Source: Candidatus Obscuribacteraceae bacterium (GTDB taxonomy: Bacteria; Cyanobacteriota; Vampirovibrionia; Obscuribacterales; Obscuribacteraceae). From it: a stretch of DNA of 64,000 bases. Below, piece by piece: positions 51,139-60,637 of the stretch (positions are counted from its first letter, which is position 1; each line of letters opens with the position of its first letter). The notes under the pieces were generated by a model that worked only from the letters and a program-made list of their open reading frames with translations, was not told where the DNA came from and did not search any database. The stretch lies in the NCBI GenBank assembly GCA_044229845.1, contig JBGASG010000001.1:384001-448000 (forward strand), read 5' to 3'. The position numbers and the translations under genes were made by a program.

Positions 51139-51573
51139 ATGTCCGATCAGCCCGACAAGAGCATGTGGGAGAGATGGTGCCAGAACAGTGGCTGGGATCA
51201 AGAGTCAGCGCAGGCGAGCGCCGCTCGGCGGTATTTTGCATTGCATTGGGAAGAGGCGTTGGTTCCCGACGACACGAAGCTTATGGCTGAGCAGTTGACC
51301 GCGCTGCGTGAAATGGTGACGCGATTGGCGCAGGAGGTCACCGCAATGCAGCGGGTGTTGCGCGACCACAATCTGCTCGATAATTACGAGCAAGAGATGT
51401 TGCGCACCATGAGTCACGATCACGGTGGAGCCGGCGCCGAGCCGTGGACGCGCTACACGACATACAGGTTGCTGTTACCCGAGTCTGAATATCTGGAAGA
51501 AACTTTGCGGTGCAGCGAAGAAGACCGGCAAGCTTTCGCGGCAAACATCGAGGCGCAGATGCGCCTTACCTGA
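51139..51573 (+). CDS. hypothetical protein
   Basis: GGAG SD; coiled-coil segment. Confidence 0.65.
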   Translation: MSDQPDKSMWERWCQNSGWDQESAQASAARRYFALHWEEALVPDDTKLMAEQLTALREMVTRLAQEVTAMQRVLRDHNLLDNYEQEMLRTMSHDHGGAGAEPWTRYTTYRLLLPESEYLEETLRCSEEDRQAFAANIEAQMRLT

Positions 51574-51586
51574 AACAGCGATAGCA

Positions 51587-51952
51587 TCACGTCTGAAACA
51601 GCGGCGCATACTCATCGGACCGCAAGCCGAATGTCCAGGCTACCGCCTCTCTGGCGGTGGTGACAGTGGACGGCACCCTGAGGAAGTAATCGCGATGCCG
51701 CCCATCCGGTTCGGGCGTCGAGTTGACCACGTGCACCAGTTTTTGCACCGGGTCGCCGTCTATCTGATAGAGGGTGCCGCAGTCATCGCTAGCCACCGGA
51801 TAAGCTTTCTTCTCGCGCCAGTAGCGCACCAGTCCGAATCGTTCGGCCATCAGCAATCTGGCGCCGGGGTCAGGCTGGGCGTCGATATCGCCGATGGTGT
51901 CGCCGATTTTCATCCATTTGCGGAGAAACGTTATATCCATAATCCAATCCAC
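51587..51952 (-). CDS. DUF6745-like protein (short form)
   Basis: VVNSTPEPDG....YFLRVP....TAREAVAWTFGL...Y.P..QT. Confidence 0.8.
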   Translation of the reverse strand: MDWIMDITFLRKWMKIGDTIGDIDAQPDPGARLLMAERFGLVRYWREKKAYPVASDDCGTLYQIDGDPVQKLVHVVNSTPEPDGRHRDYFLRVPSTVTTAREAVAWTFGLRSDEYAPLFQT

Positions 51953-51965
51953 TCCACTTCTCGCG

Positions 51966-52343
51966 CTAATCCATGTATTGCTCCCAGTACGCGTACTGAT
52001 CGTTGCTCTGAACGTCGGTTACCGGAGACGACTTAGTTGCCTCTGGTTCGGGTTTGGACGCTTCTGTGTATTGCTGCTGCTGGATGACGCGATAGACGCC
52101 TTTCGGAATCAGAATCGGATTGTGCTCCTCATGAACAAGTCGTGCGTCCTCTTCGAGCCACAGATACCGTTTTCCGCCGAACTTACTCAGGAGCGCAGCC
52201 GCGCACTGAATGCGGTGCGCGTGTCCAGTGCGCTCACCGACGGCGAGTACGATGTCTGTCCCTTGTGTTTCCGCCAGTGAGAATTGCGGACGCACCACCG
52301 CTTCATCGAGAAGAATGTCTCCCTGTCTGTATTGTCGCTTCAT
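51966..52343 (-). CDS. conserved His-rich partner protein of DUF6745 genes
   Basis: YRQGDILL...VLA.GE.TGHAH.I...L.HEEH..I.IP.G.Y.V..Q.QY. Confidence 0.8.
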   Translation of the reverse strand: MKRQYRQGDILLDEAVVRPQFSLAETQGTDIVLAVGERTGHAHRIQCAAALLSKFGGKRYLWLEEDARLVHEEHNPILIPKGVYRVIQQQQYTEASKPEPEATKSSPVTDVQSNDQYAYWEQYMD

Positions 52344-52571
52344 TTGACCGAGCCTCCAAGCCAGTAAATCTATCCTACGAGTCCGGGCGCGATTCAGGTA
52401 GGTTTCTTACTGAACTGCAGCTAGGTTCCTTAGGACTGCGCTTCGCTTGCGTGCTATGGTATGGAAACGGCTTATAGATGCGATATTCGTGGTTCCTTTC
52501 TTTAGATTGATGGCGACAGATTATGCTTCTAGTGCAGTTCAGTAAAAACGCTGTCGCTGGTGAGGTGAGGC

Positions 52572-53570
52572 ATGGAAAGAAACGAGCGGCTGGGCACCAT
52601 CATTAAAGTGATCGCCAATCATCCTGGTATAACGCTCAATCAATTGTGCAAAGAACTCGTGCGCGCCGGAGTTCGTGTCACCGAGCGCACGATTGCCAAA
52701 GATATCGTGCTCTTGAAGCACGAATTTGGATTGCTGCCGCAGCGTGAGCGGCTTCGTCAGGGCTATGTGCTCGAAAACATGTGCACGGTCGGCAAAACTG
52801 AAGTGCCGTTGGTTCTCGATGCGTTGCACGTATTCGGGTTTCGTCTCAGTGATGCTGAAGCTATTGCGCTGATTAATAGAATGCGCAGATGGTTCGGCGG
52901 CGACGACGCCGTAGCGTTGCGCCCGACCCGCACGATTCGTCATCGCACAATCTATAAGCAGGGGCGCCAGGCGAAGCAAATTGAGCAGGCACTGTTTGAG
53001 GCGATCCGCAGCCAGGAGGCGGTTTCTATCACTTACGAAACGCCGCGTCTGCGCAAGCCCCAGCAAGCAACGGGGTATCCGCTGCTGATGGTGTTTCATG
53101 AGCGCGCCTGGTATTGCATCATTCGCGACCAGCAAAGCAATACCTATCGCCCGCGGCGATTGGATCGCATCAAGTCGTGCGCGCCGGCGCCGCGTTCGGT
53201 GCCGGCCAATTCTCATCACCTCAGTGATGTCACCGAAGCTGAATACCTTATAAGTTGCGGGTGGGGAATGACTTTTCCACAAAGCCGAAAAGAACTGGAA
53301 GCGGCACTGGCTGCGCCTCCGATTGTGGTTCGTTTCGACAGCTCGGTGGCCGGCTACATTCTGGAGTCGGTGGACCGCCATCCATTTGGAAAAGTCTCGG
53401 CCAGCAAAGATGGAACCGGAGGGGCGCAAATAGAAATCCGGTTGGCTAATCCACGTGAGTTTGTTTTCTGGGTGCGATCGTTCGGCGCGCATGCACGCAT
53501 CGTCAGCCCGCGTTCTTATATAGATGCGGAAGTCGCCGAACTCAAACGAATGCTGGCGACCTATTCGTGA
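52572..53570 (+). CDS. WYL-domain transcriptional regulator (HTH-WYL-WCX)
   Basis: N-terminal HTH (V.ERTI.KDI..L), P..L.FH..AWY, R.DRI, WVRSFG..A.IVSP. Confidence 0.92.
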   Translation: MERNERLGTIIKVIANHPGITLNQLCKELVRAGVRVTERTIAKDIVLLKHEFGLLPQRERLRQGYVLENMCTVGKTEVPLVLDALHVFGFRLSDAEAIALINRMRRWFGGDDAVALRPTRTIRHRTIYKQGRQAKQIEQALFEAIRSQEAVSITYETPRLRKPQQATGYPLLMVFHERAWYCIIRDQQSNTYRPRRLDRIKSCAPAPRSVPANSHHLSDVTEAEYLISCGWGMTFPQSRKELEAALAAPPIVVRFDSSVAGYILESVDRHPFGKVSASKDGTGGAQIEIRLANPREFVFWVRSFGAHARIVSPRSYIDAEVAELKRMLATYS

Positions 53571-53800
53571 GAGTCACACGCGTGCCTTCACAACTCAGTT
53601 GTGGGGCGGATCTGAAGAGATATATCAGACGTAAATTCGACAACTCGATTACGAAAAAATTAGGCTTGTAGCTCCTAATGTCAAGCGGGCGTGAGCAATC
53701 CTTGCATTTACATTTCGATCTTTGTGTTCGTGCGGGTTGTAAGGGTAAGCTAAAGGCTCGTTCGGTACCCGTCCCAGGAATTACAGAAGAAGGCAAGTTT

Positions 53801-55651
53801 ATGAACAAACTGATGCAACCACTGTACGCCCAAGCAACGACCACCTCGAGCTATGAGGTGAAAAGTCGTCGGTTGAGGGAGTGGGTTGCTGAAATTGCCG
53901 CAGTCTGTCAGCCGGATAAAATTCACTGGTGCGATGGCTCGCAAGCCGAGTACGACCGCCTGTGCGAAGAGATGGTTGCCACCGGCACGCTGATTCGCCT
54001 CAACGCCGAGAAGCGCCCGCGCAGTTTCCTGGCTCGCTCGACCAAGGGCGATGTGGCTCGCGTCGAAGAGCGCACCTTCGTCTGCTCGCGTCACTCGGAA
54101 GACGCCGGTCCGAACAACAACTGGATGGAACCGGTCGAAGCCAAATCCACTTTGCTCAGCCTCTTCGAAGGCTGCATGAAGGGACGCACTCTGTATGTTG
54201 TGCCTTTCAGCATGGGTCCGGTCGGCTCACCGCTTTCGATCATCGGCGTCGAACTTACCGACTCGCCGTACGTTGCAGTCAGCATGCGCACCATGACCCG
54301 CATGGGTAAACAAGTCATTGATGCTCTGGGCGAGAGCGAAAACTTCGTCAAGTGCTTGCACTCAGTCGGACATCCGCTCGCAGTCGGTCAGAAAGACGTT
54401 GCATGGCCGAGCAATGACAACGACAAGTACATATGCCATTTCCCTGAGACCGGCGAGATCTGGTCGTACGGATCGGGCTACGGCGGCAATGCGCTGCTCG
54501 GCAAGAAGTGCCTGGCATTGCGCCTGGCATCGGTCATGGGTAAGCGCGAAGGCTGGCTCGCCGAGCACATGTTGATCCTCGGCGTCCAATCACCCCAGGG
54601 CGAGAAGTCGTACGTCGCGGCTGCGTTCCCGTCGGCATGCGGCAAAACCAACTTCGCCATGATGATTCCCCCGAAAGCATTCGACGGTTGGAAAGTCACC
54701 ACTGTTGGTGACGACATCGCGTGGATTCACCCCGGCAGCGATGGTCGTTTCTACGCCATCAACCCGGAAGCTGGTTTCTTCGGTGTCGCCCCCGGCACAT
54801 CTTTGAAAACCAATCCGAATGCGTTGAAGACCCTCGACAGCGACTGCATCTTCACCAACGTCGCGCTCACTCCGGACGGCGATGTGTGGTGGGAGGGTTT
54901 GACCGATGAGAAGCCGGCGTCGTTGATTGACTGGCAAGGCGAAGAGTGGACCCCGGAAAGCGGACGCCCCGCTGCGCATCCGAACAGCCGCTTCACCGTG
55001 TCGTCGAGCCAGTGCCCGTCGCTCGACAGCGAATGGGACAATCCGGAAGGCGTCCCAATTAGCGCCTTCATCTTCGGCGGTCGCCGCGCCAATGTGGTGC
55101 CGCTGGTAGTCGAATCATTCGACTGGAACTTCGGCGTATACCTGGCTGCCACCCTCGGCTCCGAAACCACCGCTGCCGCTGTCGGCAACGTGGGCGAAGT
55201 GCGCCGGGACCCGATGGCGATGTTGCCGTTCTGCGGATACCACATGGGTGATTATTTTCAGCACTGGCTGAGCATGGGACATGCGGTCGCGTCGCAGCCG
55301 AAGATCTTCTGCGTCAACTGGTTCCGCACCGATGAAAACGGCAAGTTTATCTGGCCGGGATTCGGTGAGAACATGCGCGTCTTGAAGTGGATGTTCGAAC
55401 GCATTCACGGCCGCGCCGATGCCGTCCGCACGATGCTTGGCTGGATGCCGCGCTACCAGAACATCGACTGGACCGGACTCGAGTCTTTCACTCGTGAGAA
55501 ATTCGATCTGGTGATGTCGATAGATAAGGAAGTGTGGGACGAAGAGCTCAAGTCGCACAAAACTCTTTTCGAGAAGCTGAAAGAACGGGCACCGAAGGCG
55601 CTCACTTTGATTCGCGCCTCCCTCCAACTCGGCATCGAGCGCACCGACTAG
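53801..55651 (+). CDS. pckG: phosphoenolpyruvate carboxykinase (GTP)
   Basis: [54 protein letters not shown]. Confidence 0.97.
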   Translation: MNKLMQPLYAQATTTSSYEVKSRRLREWVAEIAAVCQPDKIHWCDGSQAEYDRLCEEMVATGTLIRLNAEKRPRSFLARSTKGDVARVEERTFVCSRHSEDAGPNNNWMEPVEAKSTLLSLFEGCMKGRTLYVVPFSMGPVGSPLSIIGVELTDSPYVAVSMRTMTRMGKQVIDALGESENFVKCLHSVGHPLAVGQKDVAWPSNDNDKYICHFPETGEIWSYGSGYGGNALLGKKCLALRLASVMGKREGWLAEHMLILGVQSPQGEKSYVAAAFPSACGKTNFAMMIPPKAFDGWKVTTVGDDIAWIHPGSDGRFYAINPEAGFFGVAPGTSLKTNPNALKTLDSDCIFTNVALTPDGDVWWEGLTDEKPASLIDWQGEEWTPESGRPAAHPNSRFTVSSSQCPSLDSEWDNPEGVPISAFIFGGRRANVVPLVVESFDWNFGVYLAATLGSETTAAAVGNVGEVRRDPMAMLPFCGYHMGDYFQHWLSMGHAVASQPKIFCVNWFRTDENGKFIWPGFGENMRVLKWMFERIHGRADAVRTMLGWMPRYQNIDWTGLESFTREKFDLVMSIDKEVWDEELKSHKTLFEKLKERAPKALTLIRASLQLGIERTD

Positions 55652-55759
55652 TCCGCGCCTCGCGCCTCGCCTATGCGTATCGCATCGCGCCGACTCGACC
55701 GCGGCATCGCGCCAAACTCGACTCGGGTTGCAATCCGCGCACTCCCTTGATTTTGGGCG

Positions 55760-55871
55760 TTGAACAAAACTGCTCGTTTTCAGGGGTCCAAAAGTTCGAA
55801 AACAGATTAAATCGGGCGGCTTTGAACAAAACTGCTCGTTTGACCCCTTCGAGATGAGCAGTTTTGTTCAA
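55760..55871. repeat. triple repeat TTGAACAAAACTGCTC (two direct, one inverted)
   Basis: Copies at 55760-55779 and 55822-55841 (20 bp identical), inverted at 55856-55871. Confidence 0.9.
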
Positions 55872-56774
55872 TCAACTTTGCGGCATCATCTCGGCGCGAG
55901 GCATCGAGTTGGATCGCATCACTGCCTCGTACGCGATGGAATCAATTTCCGCGAAATATCGTTTGGTGCCCGGGGCTTGTATTCCGACCTCGCGCCCAAG
56001 TGCTGTTAGAAGCGCGTATATCTCGCGCGCGGTGGGTTCGGCTTCGTTCTTTTCAATCCGGGCGACTCTCCAGCGAGACACACCAGTCGCTTCGGAGAGC
56101 TCTGTTCTGCTGTAGCCGGCCTTCTCTCTCAAATCCGAGAGGTTTTTCCCGACGTCCTCGAGGAAATCCGAAAGGCTGACGCTTGATGCAATCGGTTTGC
56201 GTGCCTCGTGGCATGAGACGCACTTGCGAGTCACATTGCGTTTGATAACCGCCAACGCAGCAACGGGATCGACTTTTCGCAGCATCAATTCCTCCGTGTC
56301 GTAATGACTCAAGATGTTCAGGCTGCCGAGCCAGAGGATGCAGCCATCGATGACACCGATTTTCTTGTGAATCTTCCTTACCAGATTGACGTGAATGCCG
56401 CGTTGCTCAAGCAGTTCGATCACCGACTCCAAATCGCGATTGCTTGCCGCCTCGATGGCGTCGCCGTCGCCCTTCCAGTTGCGTGGCATCTGCACGAAGA
56501 CGCACACGCGAATCCCGCGACTGGGCAACTGCAACAACGTATCTTTGAGGTATCTGAGCCGATTCAACTTCGCCCAGCCGCTGAAAACAACGACTGAGAA
56601 TCGTGCCGCATTGATGTCGGCAATGAATTGTTTGTAGAAGCCGTCCTCATCGTACAGGTCGTCACAAGAGATGTCCCAGTCAACGAATGCGTCGCGTGTT
56701 GGAACCATGCCGCTTCCTCCAGCATTCTGCAAGCCTGAGTCAGAGCCGATTTCGTAACTACGGTTGCTCGACAC
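55872..56774 (-). CDS. PLD-like (HKD) nuclease domain fused to XRE HTH
   Basis: IHKKIGVIDG..LWLGSLN; C-terminal LSDLREKAGYSRTELSEATGVSRWRVARIEK. Confidence 0.82.
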   Translation of the reverse strand: MSSNRSYEIGSDSGLQNAGGSGMVPTRDAFVDWDISCDDLYDEDGFYKQFIADINAARFSVVVFSGWAKLNRLRYLKDTLLQLPSRGIRVCVFVQMPRNWKGDGDAIEAASNRDLESVIELLEQRGIHVNLVRKIHKKIGVIDGCILWLGSLNILSHYDTEELMLRKVDPVAALAVIKRNVTRKCVSCHEARKPIASSVSLSDFLEDVGKNLSDLREKAGYSRTELSEATGVSRWRVARIEKNEAEPTAREIYALLTALGREVGIQAPGTKRYFAEIDSIAYEAVMRSNSMPRAEMMPQS

Positions 56775-56909
56775 GAAGGAGTGTAAGTCGCGGGTGTGAA
56801 TTCGTCGTGTCGTTTCTGTGGAGGAAGTGTGGAGTGCGGGAGAAGTGCGGAGTGCGGGGAAGTGCGCGGAAAAAGTATGGGGCTTGCGGGGAGGAGACTG
56901 CTGCTCGCG

Positions 56910-57185
56910 CTATATAGGTAGTCCGCGCAATTGCCCGAGCGGATGCTCGTCTTTCCATTTTTTCTCGGCGTCGCGACACTGATCGCAGTATTCGGTTTTG
57001 CGCACTTCCGGCGACTGGTTGGAGACGACGCTACCGCCATCATGGTACGAATTTGCCAGAGGAAATAGCGTTATCTTCGCGTTGCGATACGCTTTCGGAA
57101 CTGACACCAACCCGTAAACAACCGGCACCTCCTCGATCTTGAGGGGGCAGTTGTGTAGGAAACATTGCTTTTGGGCACCACCCAT
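56910..57185 (-). CDS. small Cys-rich putative Zn-binding protein (paralog of neighbour)
   Basis: CFLH...YGL...LFP...GG...YCDQC; TGATG coupling with upstream gene. Confidence 0.7.
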   Translation of the reverse strand: MGGAQKQCFLHNCPLKIEEVPVVYGLVSVPKAYRNAKITLFPLANSYHDGGSVVSNQSPEVRKTEYCDQCRDAEKKWKDEHPLGQLRGLPI

Positions 57186-57811
57186 CAGTTGTCTCTCCCT
57201 GAGGGTGAATCCGGATTCGGACTGTCCAGATCCCGTGCGTCCGGATTCGGTGCGGCGTCCGGATCCAGACCCGGATGAAGATGCCCGCGGTCCATCTTGT
57301 GAAGCGTCCACTCCAGATCCAGTCCCGTTAGCCTCTGACTCGGGTCGGTGGGGATATTGAATCTCTCTTTCAGTGCTCTCAGCGGGTCCTCCGGATTTGC
57401 TTCCTTCCATTCTTTCTCCGCTGCCCGACATTGCTCGCAATAGTGGACGTACATGGTGCGTGGCGAGTCTTTCGAAACACAGCATCCTCCGTTCATGAAG
57501 GAGACTGCCTTCGGGAAAAGTTTGTTTCGTGCGGCGCGATATTCATTGCTCAGGTACCTGAGCCCATATTGAATCGCAACTGGTCCCCGCACGAGCGGAA
57601 CATGATGCAGCGGGCATTCGCCGTTGATCATGTCCATCGTCTTCCGCACTAAGCCATAGAGCTTGTCGAGCAATTCGTCGATTCTCGTCGGGGAGGAAAG
57701 TGTTGCGTCTGACTCTATCTTAGTAGACAGCTGCTCTATTGTGGTGTCGCCGGTTGGCTTTAATAAACAATCCAAAAGAACGAGCGAGCGATATCTTGCT
57801 CGCTCGCCCAC
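57185..57811 (-). CDS. Cys-rich putative Zn-binding protein
   Basis: CPLH...YGL...LFP...GGCC...YCEQC; start uncertain. Confidence 0.7.
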   Translation of the reverse strand: MGERARYRSLVLLDCLLKPTGDTTIEQLSTKIESDATLSSPTRIDELLDKLYGLVRKTMDMINGECPLHHVPLVRGPVAIQYGLRYLSNEYRAARNKLFPKAVSFMNGGCCVSKDSPRTMYVHYCEQCRAAEKEWKEANPEDPLRALKERFNIPTDPSQRLTGLDLEWTLHKMDRGHLHPGLDPDAAPNPDARDLDSPNPDSPSGRDN

Positions 57812-57856
57812 TCGCTCATCATGTGCTGCGCTTCTTGTCTGCGCGGCGCGTCAGGG

Positions 57857-58330
57857 CTATTCCGGCCAGACGACAGGCTGCTCGGATCTGATGCCATCTT
57901 CGAACGTGTCGATATTTAGCGAATTCTGCCGGGCTTGAATACACAAGAAGTAGAGCGGTTCGCTGCCCGAAGTGTTGCGCAGGGAGCGGCTGCCGTCCGT
58001 ATTGACGCGCACGATGGTGCCTTCTTTGACCGGAAAAACTTCGCCGTCAATCTGCATTTGCCCTTCGCCACCAATGAAAATGTACGCCTCTTCGTTTTCC
58101 TTGTGTTGGTGATAAAACGGCACACCGGCGCCGACGGGCAGTTTGTTGAACGAGACCTGCATGCCGGTAAACGCCAGCACGTCTTTTATAAACAGCTTGC
58201 CGCGCACATCGCGATTGAGCGCTGGAACGTGCAGGCGATACTGATCGAGTTCATTCATCGGTCCGAGGTTGACTGCGGAAAAATTCTTGCCGGTGCGGAC
58301 TTCGGCTTCGACTGTTTGGGTAATTGGCAT
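57857..58330 (-). CDS. cupin domain protein
   Basis: PFYHQHKENEEAYIF..GEG...IDG; GGAGG SD. Confidence 0.9.
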   Translation of the reverse strand: MPITQTVEAEVRTGKNFSAVNLGPMNELDQYRLHVPALNRDVRGKLFIKDVLAFTGMQVSFNKLPVGAGVPFYHQHKENEEAYIFIGGEGQMQIDGEVFPVKEGTIVRVNTDGSRSLRNTSGSEPLYFLCIQARQNSLNIDTFEDGIRSEQPVVWPE

Positions 58331-58403
58331 AATATCCTCCAAGGGAGAAACTATCCAAGCGCTGCAAACGCTCGAAAAGCTCGTCCTTTGCCACTTTGAA
58401 ATT

Positions 58404-58466
58404 TATACCAACCAGTATATAATTGCAGCGGGGGTAATGCAAATGAATTCTGTACCATTCGGTATA
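58404..58466. promoter_or_regulatory. two TetR operator-like palindromes between divergent cupin and tetR
   Basis: TATAC-CAACCA-GTATA (58404-58419) and TGTACC-ATTC-GGTATA (58451-58466). Confidence 0.6.
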
Positions 58467-58471
58467 AAAGT

Positions 58472-59056
58472 ATGAAGAGAGGACGCCCGCGTGAGTTCGA
58501 CCAGACGCAAGCGCTGGATAAGGCGATGGTGCTCTTCTGGCGCAACGGCTACCGTGGCGTTTCGCTCGACGACCTCACGGAGGCTATGGAGATAACTCGC
58601 CCCAGTCTTTACGGGGCGTTCGGCGACAAGGAGCGGTTGTTTCTGCAAGCCGTCGATCACTATCGCGAAACCGTTTTGCTCCCGCCATTCAAAAGATTGC
58701 TCGAATCGACAGATCTGAAGTCCGGTCTGACGGCGTTCTTCTTGGAATTGACCGAAGTGATGACATGCGGCGACAGACCCGGGTGTTTCATCGCGTGCAT
58801 GCTCAGCCAGGAAAGCGTCGAGTCACCGGCCATCAAAGAAAAGCTGTCCGCTCTGGTGCATGGCGCCGACCTCGGTTTCACAAAGCTCTTCACTCAACAC
58901 AAGGCGCAGCTCAGGCGCGGGCTCGAACCGGAAGATGCGGCGCGGGTGCTCACTTCGGTGTTGCACGGCATCGCCATTCGCGCACGCACCGGTGCTGCTC
59001 CGGAGGAGTTGCGTGTGATCGGAATCGCCGCGCTAAATGCGCTGTGCGCTGACTAG
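58472..59056 (+). CDS. TetR/AcrR family regulator
   Basis: GRPREFD...AM..FW..GY..S..DL..AM.I.RPSLY.AFGDK. Confidence 0.95.
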   Translation: MKRGRPREFDQTQALDKAMVLFWRNGYRGVSLDDLTEAMEITRPSLYGAFGDKERLFLQAVDHYRETVLLPPFKRLLESTDLKSGLTAFFLELTEVMTCGDRPGCFIACMLSQESVESPAIKEKLSALVHGADLGFTKLFTQHKAQLRRGLEPEDAARVLTSVLHGIAIRARTGAAPEELRVIGIAALNALCAD

Positions 59057-59096
59057 CGTGGCTTACAATGGAAGCGTCAGACAAATGGGATAAGCA

Positions 59097-60617
59097 ATGG
59101 TAAATCAGAAAGCAGCGCCGGCCGGCTCGGCGGCGGCCGGTGTGATGGGACGCTTGAAGCGCGGTGACTTGTTTCGTGAAGCAGCTTACATAGATGGCGA
59201 GTGGATTAAAGCCGGCGGCGCCGGTAGCGCCGTGGCGGCAAGCTATGCGGTCACCAACCCGGTCGACAATTCTCAGATAGCGACCATGCCCAGTCTTGGC
59301 GAGGCCGAGACGCGCCGTGCGATTGAAGCAGCCGCCCGGGCATTTTCCGCGTGGCGCGAGCGCAGCGCCAAGGACAGAGCGGCCGTGTTGCGCCGCTGGT
59401 TCAACCTGATTATGGAAAACCAGGATGATCTGGCGATGATACTGACCATCGAACAGGGCAAGCCGCTTGCCGAGGCACGTGGTGAAGTGGCTTATGGAGC
59501 GGCTTTCCTTGAGTGGTTTGCGGAGGAAGGCAAGCGTGTCTACGGCGATGTTGTTCCTGCCGGTAGCGTGCGCCAGAGAATTCTGGTCACAAAACAACCC
59601 GTCGGGGTCTGCGCCGCTATCACGCCCTGGAACTTTCCCAGCGCCATGATCACTCGCAAAGCGGGACCGGCTCTGGCTGCCGGTTGTACGATGGTGCTCA
59701 AGCCGGCCGAAGATACGCCGATGTCGGCGGTGGCACTGGCGGTGCTGGCCGAGGAGGCCGGTGTACCGCCCGGCGTATTCAATGTCGTTACCACCGAAGA
59801 TCCAGCTCCGGTCGGTACGGAGTTGGCTACCAATCCACTGGTGCGCAAGCTTTCGTTTACCGGTTCGACAGCTGTCGGCAAGCTGCTCATGCGGCAAGCA
59901 GCTGACACCGTCAAGAAACTTTCTTTAGAGCTGGGTGGCAACGCACCGTTTCTGGTTTTCGCGGATGCCGATCTGGATGCGGCAGTGAAAGGCGCGGTCA
60001 CCTGCAAGTTTCGCAACAGCGGGCAAACTTGCGTTTGCGTTAATCGCATCTACGTGCAGGACAGCATTTATGAGCAGTTCTCGGCGCGCCTTGCCGAAGC
60101 GGTCGCCAAATTGCAGGTCGGTGACGGCACCGAATCCGGTACCAGTCAGGGACCGCTGATCAATGAGCAGGCGGTGCTCAAGGTTGAGGAGCACATAGCC
60201 GATGCCGTCGGTAAAGGCGCGACTGTCGTCTGCGGCGGCAAACGGCACGGGCGCGGCGGCACATTTTTTGAGCCCACAATCCTCAGTGGAGTGACTGACT
60301 CCATGGTTATAGCCAGGGAAGAAACTTTCGGTCCGGTGGCGCCGTTGTTCCGCTTTTGCGACGAAGCGGAAGCGATCAAGATGGCCAACGATACGGAATT
60401 CGGGTTGGCTTCTTATCTGTACACACGCGATCTAGGGCGCGTCATGCGCGTCAGCGAAGCGCTCGAATACGGCATTGTCGGCGTCAACGAAGGAATAATC
60501 TCCACCGAATCGGCGCCCTTTGGTGGCATGAAGGAATCCGGGCTGGGACGCGAGGGTTCCAAGTACGGCATCGACGAATATCTGGAACTCAAGTACATCT
60601 TGCTCGGCGGGCTCTAG
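59097..60617 (+). CDS. gabD: NAD(P)-dependent succinate-semialdehyde dehydrogenase
   Basis: ITPWNFPSAMITRK, SFTGST, LELGGNAP, KFRNSGQTCVC, EETFGP. Confidence 0.93.
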   Translation: MVNQKAAPAGSAAAGVMGRLKRGDLFREAAYIDGEWIKAGGAGSAVAASYAVTNPVDNSQIATMPSLGEAETRRAIEAAARAFSAWRERSAKDRAAVLRRWFNLIMENQDDLAMILTIEQGKPLAEARGEVAYGAAFLEWFAEEGKRVYGDVVPAGSVRQRILVTKQPVGVCAAITPWNFPSAMITRKAGPALAAGCTMVLKPAEDTPMSAVALAVLAEEAGVPPGVFNVVTTEDPAPVGTELATNPLVRKLSFTGSTAVGKLLMRQAADTVKKLSLELGGNAPFLVFADADLDAAVKGAVTCKFRNSGQTCVCVNRIYVQDSIYEQFSARLAEAVAKLQVGDGTESGTSQGPLINEQAVLKVEEHIADAVGKGATVVCGGKRHGRGGTFFEPTILSGVTDSMVIAREETFGPVAPLFRFCDEAEAIKMANDTEFGLASYLYTRDLGRVMRVSEALEYGIVGVNEGIISTESAPFGGMKESGLGREGSKYGIDEYLELKYILLGGL

Positions 60618-60637
60618 ATCAGAGCGGCAGAGTTCGC

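Noticed and set aside
52407..52545. Retron msr-msd (a1/a2 inverted repeats)
   Set aside because: No reverse transcriptase in the window.
55652..55730. CGCGC/CTCG-rich short periodic repeats after pckG
   Set aside because: Low-complexity, with no consistent unit or supportable function.
55760..55871. Mini CRISPR array
   Set aside because: Only two direct 20-bp copies plus an inverted one; no cas genes.
56814..56870. Imperfect GTGCGG-type tandem repeats
   Set aside because: Short and degenerate; cannot be distinguished from slippage.
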